A stretch of DNA of 63,400 bases, the filler included, from Stramenopiles sp. TOSAG23-2 (lineage: Eukaryota), in NCBI GenBank assembly GCA_900128395.1. It is 8 parts of 8 records of this genome, joined end to end, with 100 filler letters (N's around TTAATTAATTAA, not from the genome) between each part and the next. Parts side by side here need not be neighbours in the genome. Positions count along the whole stretch, not along the records: positions 23,519 to 35,166 come from LT649911.1; positions 35,267 to 46,906 come from LT649912.1; 6 more parts are not named here. One strand, given 5' to 3'. A model generated the notes under the pieces. The model ran no database searches and had not been told where the DNA came from. It was given only the letters and a program-made list of their open reading frames with translations. Numbering within the stretch: the first letter of the stretch is position 1; each line of letters starts with the position of its first letter. The translations under genes and the position numbers were made by a program. This document shows positions 34,654 to 44,772 of the stretch, piece by piece.

Positions 34654-35039
34654 ATATTTTAGATGGAAATGTCATTTTTTACATAAATTGTAAATATCGT
34701 TTTTGGAAGATTTAGACCTATCAAAATTTAGTATAATATTTTTATACTAAATAGTGTAAGACAGAGCCGACACTACACGTGAAAAGCACCTATCAAGTAG
34801 AGTTACAGCTATAGGGTTACGCGTTTTTTTCAGCTTTTAACAGTTAATATTTTAGATGGAAATGTCATTTTTTACATAAATTGTAAATATCGTTTTTGGA
34901 AGATTGAAACCTATCTAAATTCAGTATTATATTTTTGTACTAAATAGTGTAAGACAGAGTCGACACTACATGTAAAAAGCACCTATCAAGTAGTGTTACA
35001 GCTATAGGGTTACGCGTTTTTTTCAACTTTTAACGGTTA
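34654..35039. repeat. Diverged non-coding tandem duplication, 193-bp period
   Basis: 34654-34846 vs 34847-35039 with roughly a dozen substitutions. Confidence 0.9.
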
Positions 35040-35166
35040 TTCAAATATGAAGTAGATACAAGAATATTCATATACCTTGTACAGTTATTACCAAACATAT
35101 AAAAACTGATTGTGGATACTTATTTTTCTAAAGTTATGTATACATATATGTAAAAAACTACCTTTT

Positions 35167-35266
35167 NNNNNNNNNNNNNNNNNNNNNNNNNNNNNNNNNN
35201 NNNNNNNNNNTTAATTAATTAANNNNNNNNNNNNNNNNNNNNNNNNNNNNNNNNNNNNNNNNNNNN
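35167..35266. other. Artificial contig linker
   Basis: 100-nt N-run/TTAATTAATTAA/N-run. Confidence 0.99.
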
Positions 35267-35475
35267 TAAGTTACACACACACAGATATATTAGATTAATA
35301 ATACGTATATCGTATATATTTATTTTGGTGTATAGATACAATAGTAGGAATTTAGAACGATATATATTTATAACGAAATCAAAGAGATTTTTAGTGAGAA
35401 ATATATATATATTTATTTATTACCAAGATAACATATTCTAAAATATATATAAAAAAAAACCAAACAATAGCAAAA

Positions 35476-38400
35476 ATGACAACACGTTCACAAGCATCAT
35501 CACCTGGTGGTAAATCAAACAATGCAGCAGCAACTAATAACGATGCACCTGCAACATTATCAGTACTTGATTTAAAATCACAACTATTATCGTCTATGAA
35601 AAAAAATGGTGTGCTTGGTAACTTGAAAGCACAGTTAAGAACACAATTTTTGTCCGAGTTAAAATCATTAGCAAAAGAAGATGGACGTGGTGGACCATTT
35701 GATGTCAATAGGCATCGTGGACAAAAACAAAATTTAAGAACGAGGGTTTTGAATACGTTGTTTTTAGAGCATTTGCGTTCTATGGGTTACAAATATTCAT
35801 TGTCTGTTTTTTTACCGGAAAGTGGTGTAAATACATCACCACCATTATCAAAGTTAGAAATATTACAAGTATTAAATATTCGAAAAGGACATGCATTTTA
35901 TACAAAATTAGCAAGTACATTAGGGGAAATGAAATCGCCATTATTAGAGCAAAAAACAAATGGGAACAATACATTGATCTCTGCCATATTAGAAGGCTTA
36001 GAATCTAGCTCTACGGTGCATGATTCATTTACACAGACGGACGATGGCAACACACCGTCAGAACGTTTATTAAAACGTTTAGATGACGTTGAATATTCAT
36101 ATCGTCAACAACAGCAATTACAAGCAACTGGACAAGGAAGCTCTGCATCGGTGGAAGATCGATTGATACAATATCAACGTAAAGTCGATCGCAAAGCAAA
36201 GGAAGAAATTGCAGCTGAAATTGATCGTATTAAATCAGTAGAAATCCAACAAATGAAAATGGAGGAAAGAGCACATCATCGTGCTACTTTAGAAGTTGAA
36301 TTACGTCGTTTGCAAGAAGAGCATCAACGACAAATGAAGGCGATGAAAGATAGGAAAGATTTTGTTGAGGAACAAATGAGACGTAGAGAACGTGAAATGG
36401 AAAAAACATCATTTGACCATCGTCAACAAATTTTGAAGGAAATTGAAATGAATAGGCTAAAAGAGGAAGATATACAACGGAGCTCAGAATTAGAGAAGCG
36501 AAGTATAGAATTGGAAAAAACAAGACTTGATGACATGGAGAAAGATTTTATGCGTGAGCGAAAACGTTTTGAAGCAGATCGTGCAGAATGGTCACGTAGA
36601 TGTCAAAGTGATATGAATCAATTTAAAGTGGATATTCGAAGACAATATCAAACCAGGGAACAAGATATTGAAAAGAAAGAGCAACGTTTGAAAGATGATC
36701 GAAATGCATTTATTAAAGAGCAAGCAAATGGCCGTGTCGTTATTGCAGAAGCGCAAGGGATCAAAGATGAGTTAGAATCAGCCCGTAAAACAGCACAAAC
36801 AGCAAGTCAAAAAGCAAATGGACTTGCATTGGAATTAAGCCAAGCACAAGAGCATTTACGTATAGTTGCAAATGCAGCCAATGGTGATCGTGATGCACAT
36901 CGTAAAGCATCTGAATTGAATGAAAGTTTAACACGTCAATTAGCTAAAATACAGCAAGATATGGTTGATAGTAGAAATCAAATGCATAAGCAAATCGATG
37001 AGAAAGAAACATTAATACGTGCGTTGGGTGAAAGATTAGCAGATGAACAAAGTAAAAATGCACAATTGCAACGAAAACATGGCGAGGAAATACGCAATAT
37101 TCGTAGTGGGCAAGATGATGGTATTGAAAAATTACAAGATTCCTTAAGATGGAAAGATAATGAATTAATATCAGTGAAAAGTGAGATGAATAATAGAATT
37201 AATAGTTTACAACGTGATTTAGACTTATTACGACCACGAGTGGAAGAAGCGGAAACGAATCTATCGATTAAAGAGACAGAAATTGTTGAATTGAAAAGTT
37301 TATTACAAAAAGCACGCCTTGCATTAGATAAAGTCACTCAAAATTCACAAGAAGATAGTAATAATAGTCGTAATAATCAAATTGTGTTAAATGATCCAAA
37401 TGCTTTACTTGCATCATTGCGAAAAAGGCGAGCTGGCAGGGTACAAGAACAGACGACGTTGGTACCACCACCATCACAATATTTGTATATGAATAGACCA
37501 CCACCAATGATGTATCCACCATCATGGCAAGCACAACCACCAAATGGGCCACCGCAACAACAACAGCAACCACCGCAACAACAACAACAACAAAGCAATA
37601 CAGGTAGGGGAAAAGACAATGAAATGATGAAACTAAAATTAGAAAAATTAGAGGAAGAACGAAAGAAAAGAGAATTAGCTGCTGAGATTGAAAGACAAAA
37701 AATGGAAGAAAAATTCCAAAAGTTAAAAGAAGAACATGAAGAAACATTGTTAAAACATGAAATGGCGGTCATTAATGCAAAAGAGCGAAGTGCCGATATC
37801 GTCGAAGATTCTGTTAAATTATTAAAACAAGAAAAGGATAAAGCTGCTCGTTATCGTAGTGAAATGAAAGAAATGGAGGAGCAATTGCGTCAAGAAAAAA
37901 GAAATAGAAACACCGTAAAAGCGAAATCATCTCCAAGTCCACGTAAAAATAACATGGCAAATAGCAATATTCAAAACAATTCTACCACATTTGAAACTCC
38001 AAATTTATTAAAATCAACATCACCGAAAGTAAATAAATATAGTAACAAAAGTCCAAGCCCATCCTCAAAAGTGATTACAAAGAAAAAATCACCATCACCT
38101 ATTAAACAAAAATCAGCAGAGGATATACAAAAAGAAAAAGATGCACATAAAGAAAAAATGAGACAAGTACGTTTAGAAGAAAAACGAAAGTTAGAAGCTG
38201 CACGCGCTCAACGAGAGAAAGAGAAACAATTACGATTACAAAAAGAAGCTGAACGAAAAAAACAAGACGAATTAAAAGCTGAAAAAGAGCTTTTAGAACA
38301 AGAAAAATTAGAGGAAGAACGACAAAAACAATTAGCAGAGGAAGCTAAACTGAAAAAAGAGAAAGAAGATAGTGAAGAAGCATTACGTAAGCAAAAAGAA

Positions 38401-38832
38401 ATGGAGGAAAAAGAGCGTTTGAAAACTGCAGAACAGAAAGCAGAAGAATTAAAGAAGAAAAAAGAAGAGGAAGAAAAACAACGTTTAAAAGAAGAAGGTG
38501 AAAAGAAATTAAAAGATCGTATGGATGAGATACGTAAATCAAGAGAGATGAAAAAACAACGTGAAGAGGAAGCTGCTGCATTGAAAAAAATGAGTGCTGT
38601 TTCTAGCCCGGTGCAAAAAGAAGATAGTTATGGTGATGATTCATGGGGTAGTTTACCATTGGATGAAAGTGGTACAAATAATAAAAGTGGCATGGGAGAT
38701 AATAAAAAAGGAGATAGTAGTGATGCATTTGATTTGTCTGGAATGAATGATGATGATGAAATAGATGAAGATGAAGATATGGAAGTATATGAAGTTGGTT
38801 CAGATAGTGCAGATGAAGAATATGAATTTTAA
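35476..38832 (+). CDS. OFD1: OFD1-like centriole/basal-body protein (LisH + coiled coil)
   Basis: GVLGNLKAQLRTQFLSEL block, LisH LNTLFLEHLRSMGYKYSLSVFLPESG, EIQQMKMEE, SFDHRQQIL, long coiled coil. Confidence 0.82.
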   Translation: MTTRSQASSPGGKSNNAAATNNDAPATLSVLDLKSQLLSSMKKNGVLGNLKAQLRTQFLSELKSLAKEDGRGGPFDVNRHRGQKQNLRTRVLNTLFLEHLRSMGYKYSLSVFLPESGVNTSPPLSKLEILQVLNIRKGHAFYTKLASTLGEMKSPLLEQKTNGNNTLISAILEGLESSSTVHDSFTQTDDGNTPSERLLKRLDDVEYSYRQQQQLQATGQGSSASVEDRLIQYQRKVDRKAKEEIAAEIDRIKSVEIQQMKMEERAHHRATLEVELRRLQEEHQRQMKAMKDRKDFVEEQMRRREREMEKTSFDHRQQILKEIEMNRLKEEDIQRSSELEKRSIELEKTRLDDMEKDFMRERKRFEADRAEWSRRCQSDMNQFKVDIRRQYQTREQDIEKKEQRLKDDRNAFIKEQANGRVVIAEAQGIKDELESARKTAQTASQKANGLALELSQAQEHLRIVANAANGDRDAHRKASELNESLTRQLAKIQQDMVDSRNQMHKQIDEKETLIRALGERLADEQSKNAQLQRKHGEEIRNIRSGQDDGIEKLQDSLRWKDNELISVKSEMNNRINSLQRDLDLLRPRVEEAETNLSIKETEIVELKSLLQKARLALDKVTQNSQEDSNNSRNNQIVLNDPNALLASLRKRRAGRVQEQTTLVPPPSQYLYMNRPPPMMYPPSWQAQPPNGPPQQQQQPPQQQQQQSNTGRGKDNEMMKLKLEKLEEERKKRELAAEIERQKMEEKFQKLKEEHEETLLKHEMAVINAKERSADIVEDSVKLLKQEKDKAARYRSEMKEMEEQLRQEKRNRNTVKAKSSPSPRKNNMANSNIQNNSTTFETPNLLKSTSPKVNKYSNKSPSPSSKVITKKKSPSPIKQKSAEDIQKEKDAHKEKMRQVRLEEKRKLEAARAQREKEKQLRLQKEAERKKQDELKAEKELLEQEKLEEERQKQLAEEAKLKKEKEDSEEALRKQKEMEEKERLKTAEQKAEELKKKKEEEEKQRLKEEGEKKLKDRMDEIRKSREMKKQREEEAAALKKMSAVSSPVQKEDSYGDDSWGSLPLDESGTNNKSGMGDNKKGDSSDAFDLSGMNDDDEIDEDEDMEVYEVGSDSADEEYEF

Positions 38833-39300
38833 AAATTTTGTGTGTATTCGCACGAAGTTCGTACCATCGTACGTACGAAGTATATTTTTGTGTTACACCA
38901 TTATAACGCGTAAATTTTGATTCTTTTTTTTTATATATGTGTCATATCATATGATAATTTAAATACATTATGCATATGATAGATACGAAGTATCATATCA
39001 TAATGATACGAGTATCATAATATTATATATCATATAGTGATACTTCGTATATTTTTTTTAATATTTATAAAAACAAAGATATTATATAATATTTTAATGA
39101 ATATATATTTATACACTTTTGTGTGTGTACAACTACTTTTTTTACTTTAAAAACACGTGGGTGTGCGTTTGTATTTTTTTTGTCTCACTCTCTCTCTTTT
39201 AAAAATCAAAATAAATATATTGATATGACCAATACTAATTTTTTATATTTTAATCAATATATATAAACATTCCTATTCTTCCTCTTCCTCTTCTCTTCAT

Positions 39301-39945
39301 TTAAAGATCATCATCATCATCATCTGGAAGTGGAACAGTTGCAGCAACTTTAATATCATTTTCCATTTGTGCTCGTTGTTGTGCATCGATTTGAATTTCT
39401 GCTGGTTTCAATGCTGGCTGTTCAACGAAGTTTAATTGTGTATTTCCACCAGCCAATTTACGTGCTAACCATAAAAATGGTTTTTCAAAGTTGTAGTTAC
39501 TTTTTGCAGAAACATCATAATATTGTAAATTCTTTTTGCGGTGGAATGTAATTTGCTTTGCGTTGACTTTGCGGTCTTTGACGTCCACTTTATTTCCAAC
39601 TAAACAGATAGGGATGTTATCGCATACGCGGACCAAATCTCTATGCCAATTAGGCACATGTTTGTATGTAATCCTTGCAGTGACATCAAACATAATAATA
39701 GCACATTGGCCTTGAATATAATAACCATCTCTTAAACCACCAAATTTCTCTTGACCTGCTGTATCCCATACATTGAAACGAATTTTACCAACATTTGTAT
39801 GGAAGTCGAGCGGTCTTACTTCTACACCAAGCGTTGCGACATATTTTTTTTCAAATTCACCTGTTAAATGACGTTTAACAAAGGTTGTTTTACCAACACC
39901 ACCGTCACCAACTAAAATCATTTTAAATTCAGGAACTTGAGCCAT
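39301..39945 (-). CDS. RAN: GTP-binding nuclear protein Ran
   Basis: [54 protein letters not shown], acidic DDDDDDL tail. Confidence 0.99.
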   Translation of the reverse strand: MAQVPEFKMILVGDGGVGKTTFVKRHLTGEFEKKYVATLGVEVRPLDFHTNVGKIRFNVWDTAGQEKFGGLRDGYYIQGQCAIIMFDVTARITYKHVPNWHRDLVRVCDNIPICLVGNKVDVKDRKVNAKQITFHRKKNLQYYDVSAKSNYNFEKPFLWLARKLAGGNTQLNFVEQPALKPAEIQIDAQQRAQMENDIKVAATVPLPDDDDDDL

Positions 39946-40775
39946 GTTTGTTTGTTTTTTGTATTTATATAAAAATGTTTTTGTGTTTGTTAATATATAT
40001 GTAAAAAATTAGATACAACGGTATGTAATATCTCTTTTCGTTTAATTTGTTTTTGAATACTAGTTTTACTTTGTATCGTTTGTATGTTTTGTCTTGATAT
40101 GTATATATATATATATATCAACTTCAATATATTTTCTACGTACATCTATGTATATATATGTATTTTTAGTGATCTATTGAATCTATGTGAACCATTAAAA
40201 TTCATTTAAAAATGATGATTTTGCACGCACTTTTCATCATCATCATTTTTATATTATTTTGTAGTAGTTTTTTATTTTATGGAATGTTGTTCATTCATTG
40301 AAATAACATGTAGATAGCATGTAGATAGCATGTAGAATAGGATGATTGTTTGTACTTGGTAGTATAATGAAAAGGAAATCACTCTTCCGACCCGCCAATT
40401 TTATCTATTCAGGACCTCCACTAGACAGTGTTATATTTAGGGTTAGATCATGCACAGATCATGCTAACTTGGTGTATAACCCTAACCCTAACCAAACCTA
40501 GTATATTCACTCCATTTTGTGATCGGCAATGGTATTGCACGCTATTATCAAAAACCCTTACTTGACGTACTCTAATTGATAGGAGAGACGTTCCACTCCA
40601 AGACATAAAAAACATAGAATTACGATCAAAAAACTACTATTTATGTGTGTACATAAATATGGAAAGTGGAACGGTATCAAGATACATAATATATATATAT
40701 ATATACATCATATATTAACATATCGTATATAAAGAGGAAAAGTAAATATACTATAAGTTAAAGAACAAAAAAGAG

Positions 40776-41975
40776 ATGCGCGTTCTTATATCATTGTTAT
40801 TAATTGCAACGGTTGCAAATGCAGCATTGTTAAGAAAAGCAGATCCAGTAGCGGAGGATGCGTCCACACCAGGTGACATTAAAAGTGAAGTAGCAGCACA
40901 AAATGATGAAGGTTGTGATGGTGTTCAATGCGGACATCAACCAAGAATGGTAGAAAGAGGACATTTCGCACACAACGTATACTTGAACAAATTGGCAACA
41001 AAAGCGAAGGAAGGCAAAGGTGATACGTATCATCCAGCACTTGTACCACCAGGTACATTTAATGGTACTTTACATAAATTATTACAAGAACCATTAAAAA
41101 ATCCATTGCAAGAAAAACCAAATATGGTACCACCAGGTCATTTTGCTAACGTAGCAAGGAAAGAAGCAGAATTGAAAGCATTGGCAGGCCCAGTAAAAGA
41201 TTTAGCAGCGCAACAAGCTGGCACATGTAAAATTTTGGATAAAGTTGTAACCATGGCACGTTTTGTTTATGAAGTTGAATCCAACACAGCAGATGGTATT
41301 GATAAAAGTGGACAAGCTATTGTGAAACTACTTGAATTAATGTGTCCATTAATTAAAACACACTATCCAAACGCTAACGAAGGTATGCAATGTGCAAAGT
41401 TAACAGAAGCAGTGAGAAAATTCTACGACCCTCTGTTCGTTGGACAAACCAAGACGGCAAAACAGCGTTGCATGAATGCACCTGGACATAAAGTTAACTT
41501 TGCATTATTAGCTGCATTAGTTGGTCCAAAAACTTTATTTGGTGCAACATTTTGTGAAGACAAACACGATGCATTACAATGCATGAACAAAACTGTTAGT
41601 GAAATAGTACCTGTGCACAACAAGACAAAAGATGAGCTTGCTGCAGAAGAGGACAAAATCGAAAAGATTGCAGAGAAAAAAGTTTCTATCGATGAGCATG
41701 GATGGCATAAATACCAAGCACAAAAATTAAAAACAGAAGGTATTCCAGACGAGGAAGAAGATAAATTAGGAGAACCAAAAGATGCAGGTGCAATTCATAG
41801 GTGCAGAAACTGCAAACATCAAAAAGCAAAGATGAAAGAGCTTGGATTAGATATGGCAGATGATAAAGGATATGACTTACATAATGAAGAAAACATTCAT
41901 AATGCAGTTACCGATGCTGAAGCAAGTAAACCAAATCAACCAAGACAAATAACTCATCAAGGTAAAACTAATTAG
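40776..41975 (+). CDS. Secreted Cys-containing hypothetical protein
   Basis: Signal peptide MRVLISLLLIATVANA; three P-x-x-V-x-x-G-x-F repeats; central Cys-spaced helical region. Confidence 0.8.
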   Translation: MRVLISLLLIATVANAALLRKADPVAEDASTPGDIKSEVAAQNDEGCDGVQCGHQPRMVERGHFAHNVYLNKLATKAKEGKGDTYHPALVPPGTFNGTLHKLLQEPLKNPLQEKPNMVPPGHFANVARKEAELKALAGPVKDLAAQQAGTCKILDKVVTMARFVYEVESNTADGIDKSGQAIVKLLELMCPLIKTHYPNANEGMQCAKLTEAVRKFYDPLFVGQTKTAKQRCMNAPGHKVNFALLAALVGPKTLFGATFCEDKHDALQCMNKTVSEIVPVHNKTKDELAAEEDKIEKIAEKKVSIDEHGWHKYQAQKLKTEGIPDEEEDKLGEPKDAGAIHRCRNCKHQKAKMKELGLDMADDKGYDLHNEENIHNAVTDAEASKPNQPRQITHQGKTN

Positions 41976-42436
41976 GCTAGTATATTGATATATATAATAT
42001 ATTAAAAACACGTTTTGTTTATATAGTAAATAGGTAAAAAAAAAAAAAAAAAAGTAAAAAAGAAAAAATATGAACACTCGAAAAATAATATATATGTGTG
42101 ATATATATTTTTTATACACTCTACACACATGTATGTATGTACATGTGTAAGGATGTATTGGTGTTGATACGTAAATAGGATTAATATAATAGAAAAGTGA
42201 GGAAAATGAGTCATGGTGTGCGTGCGTGTGGTAACTTTGTAATCTCTCCCTTTGTAAAAAAAATTTAATTTTTATTTTACCTTTTTTTCTTTCTAAAAGT
42301 GTATTAAAGACATGTATTTGTATGATATGGATATATGATGTAAAAATCTTATATTATTTTTTCGAAAAAAAAATACGAAGCGTGGTAAAAATATTACGTA
42401 CACACATTATATGTTTTACACGCGCACACACTAATT

Positions 42437-42876
42437 TTACTCTCTCACATCTTCTTCGAGTCAACTGTTTTCTCTCTCTGATACTTCCGCCTCTTCCTCT
42501 CCGGTGTGAAAATCATTTTTACAAGGGTTCAATGTTGTTTGCCTTCTACGTAATTTCTTTTTAGGACTTCCCTTTTTACCATTTTTGAAGCAACTTTATT
42601 ACATCCAATTAAAGAATCATCTCAAACACCATCTCTTCCTCCCACGAATCAGCATATGCTGCATCTCAATCAGAAACAACATCCACCAAGTTTCGTGATG
42701 GTAAAGGCTGTCGAATTGTTACCATCGGTCCATTTTCATGATGGTATTTTACTGAACTCTTAAAAACTTTATCTCACAAATATCTTACTTTTAAACACAT
42801 ATTGCTAAATTCAGAAAAATTAGTCAACTGTTTTTTCGGATGCATCTCCCTCTTGTGTTATAAATCGAATTTTTCT
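42437..42876 (-). pseudogene. SKP1: Degenerate Skp1 copy contiguous with the 3' end of the F-box/cullin ORF
   Basis: Collinear pieces across frames: RKIRFITQEGD / SEFSNM / KSKI / DKVF / EFSK / YHHENGPMVTIRQPLPSRNLVDVVSD*DAAYADSWEEEMVFEMIL / LIGCNKVASKMVK / GKS / NDF..EEEAEV..REN S*LEE, matching the Skp1 consensus order. Confidence 0.85.
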
Positions 42877-44037
42877 ACCGGACGACTTTTTCCGAGTAGT
42901 TTTTGAGGTTTTTAACAGCAATTTGATAGCCATTTTATATTCCACACGATTTGTATGTATGGTACGAGCATCTTGTGTTCCGACGACTATATGTATGGTT
43001 GGATTTATTAAATGAGAAAGAAGTTTTGAAAAAATGAAAAATGTTGAAACTTCTTCACGTGTACAATCTTTTAATAAATCTGGCGCAATCGATATTTTTG
43101 TTTGTAACTGGCGCAAAGTATTTTTACAACCATACAACGCCTTAGCTAAATTATTCATCATAGCTGAAAGCACAGTTGGCACAGTATGATGTGAAACATA
43201 AAAGCGGTTTAAATAACCGATCACCCTATCAATTGTCTTAAAGCAATTGATTAAATATTTCAATCTTGCATTAAATTTCTTAATCAGTAAAATTGGACTA
43301 GTCACATTACTTTGAATGCTCTGTCCATTTAAAAAGGACTTTTCCATATTTTGCACGGTATCAATTGAAATTTCTTTCGACCAACTTAAAACTTGTTTGT
43401 ATATCGGGCTACTCCAATTGTTTGGAGTTCGTTGTGTACAAACATTGTAAATGTAACTATATATTTCGTAGAAAAATTGAGATTGAAAAGATGGCCAGCT
43501 CTCATGTCTTTTGAGTTCACAGGGGGCAACGTTATTATTAGCAAGAATCGTTCTGGTTTTCCCACCTCGATACAATAGGGAATCCTTCGTATAGCACCAG
43601 TCGCATAAACTCCGAATTGTGCCTGCGTTAAATGGGAACACGCCGTCATATCTGTACCGTCTAGAATCAAAACGAATCCTTAAAATAGGCAAAGGTGTTA
43701 TAATTAACACGTACTGCTTCCATTGTTTGGATACTTTTAAAAGAGACAGGAAGTTTTCACCATCCGTGGCATAGCTGAGTATATTCCATAATACCAAATC
43801 ACCAAGATCTGAAATCTCCAGTTTATCGTTTTTTCGCATTATTGTCTCGGATTCCTCGCTATGCTGTTTCTTTACTAAAGTATTGTCAAATCTTTGCTCA
43901 TAATTTACATCTGCATATGGATTCTTTCCATTGTTGCTATCATCTGTTACATGGCCTTCCGTATGGTGTGTTGTAGGTGTTGCATGTAACTCGAAATTAT
44001 CAATTGTAACTGTATCGTCTTCTAAGAACGAGGCCAT
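42820..44037 (-). CDS. F-box + Cullin-1 N-terminal repeat fusion protein ending in the first strand of Skp1
   Basis: F-box ISDLGDLVLWNILSY...LSLLKVSKQWK (about 43820-43710); cullin repeat-1 EIYSYIYNVCTQRTPNNWSSPIY and GYLNRFYVSHHTVPTV (about 43480-43160). Confidence 0.8.
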   Translation of the reverse strand: MASFLEDDTVTIDNFELHATPTTHHTEGHVTDDSNNGKNPYADVNYEQRFDNTLVKKQHSEESETIMRKNDKLEISDLGDLVLWNILSYATDGENFLSLLKVSKQWKQYVLIITPLPILRIRFDSRRYRYDGVFPFNAGTIRSLCDWCYTKDSLLYRGGKTRTILANNNVAPCELKRHESWPSFQSQFFYEIYSYIYNVCTQRTPNNWSSPIYKQVLSWSKEISIDTVQNMEKSFLNGQSIQSNVTSPILLIKKFNARLKYLINCFKTIDRVIGYLNRFYVSHHTVPTVLSAMMNNLAKALYGCKNTLRQLQTKISIAPDLLKDCTREEVSTFFIFSKLLSHLINPTIHIVVGTQDARTIHTNRVEYKMAIKLLLKTSKTTRKKSSGRKIRFITQEGDASEKTVD

Positions 44038-44772
44038 ATTCTGCTTATATAATATATTATTATTAACACCTTTTTATTTTAAAATATAACGTTTAATATA
44101 TTAAACTTGCTTTTTATTGAAACGTATGTTTTTTTAAAACGTGTTCTTTCTTGTTTGTCTTTCTCTCTGTAATTTTTGTTCTTTCTTAATATTTAAATCT
44201 TGTATCTGTGTTTGTCATTTTCTTTGTTGTTGTTGTTCTAGTTAAAAACGTAATAGATTAATTAATTTATTTTAAATCTGTTGTTTTTTGGGTTGTTAGT
44301 TTTTTGCTTTTTGCACTTTTTAACTGTTTTTATGTCCACGTTGCCCGAAATATTAGCATAGGAATAGCATTAATAGAGAGTTGAAGAATAGGGTTCGTAT
44401 TTCTTCCAAATATGTCCGTAATTTATGCAAAATAGATAGTAATAAGGTCGTATGTTGTATCGTTTATGGAATAATTCGTCGGGTTCTGATGCCTACTTAA
44501 AATTGTAGTTTAGTACATACAATTTATACCTGTATAACTCTAATAAAAAAGAGTACCTTAAACCTGGTATATTTGAAACTTTGAACATTCACAACAAATA
44601 TCTACTAATAACTTACAATATATATTATTTTTTGCACACATTTTTAATTTTATTATTGCATTATTTATTTGAATTTATAGAGAATCATATATGGGAGATC
44701 AACGCAGAAAAGACAAATTAGGAAAGAAAAACAAAGAGAACCGAACAACGAAAGATAAGGAAGAACAACAAG

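Noticed and set aside
6497-35039. Repeats as a CRISPR array or transposon termini
   Set aside because: Two-copy duplications without unique spacers; no cas, transposase or reverse transcriptase ORF; eukaryotic context
3897-38832. Apparent cluster of ciliary genes (PPIL6, DRC10, CCDC162-like, OFD1)
   Set aside because: They lie on three unlinked contigs; only PPIL6 and DRC10 are truly adjacent (head-to-head)
42461-42668. TGA=Trp alternative nuclear code
   Set aside because: Several intact genes end in TGA (cyclophilin, carrier), Trp is TGG elsewhere, and the segment is also frameshifted
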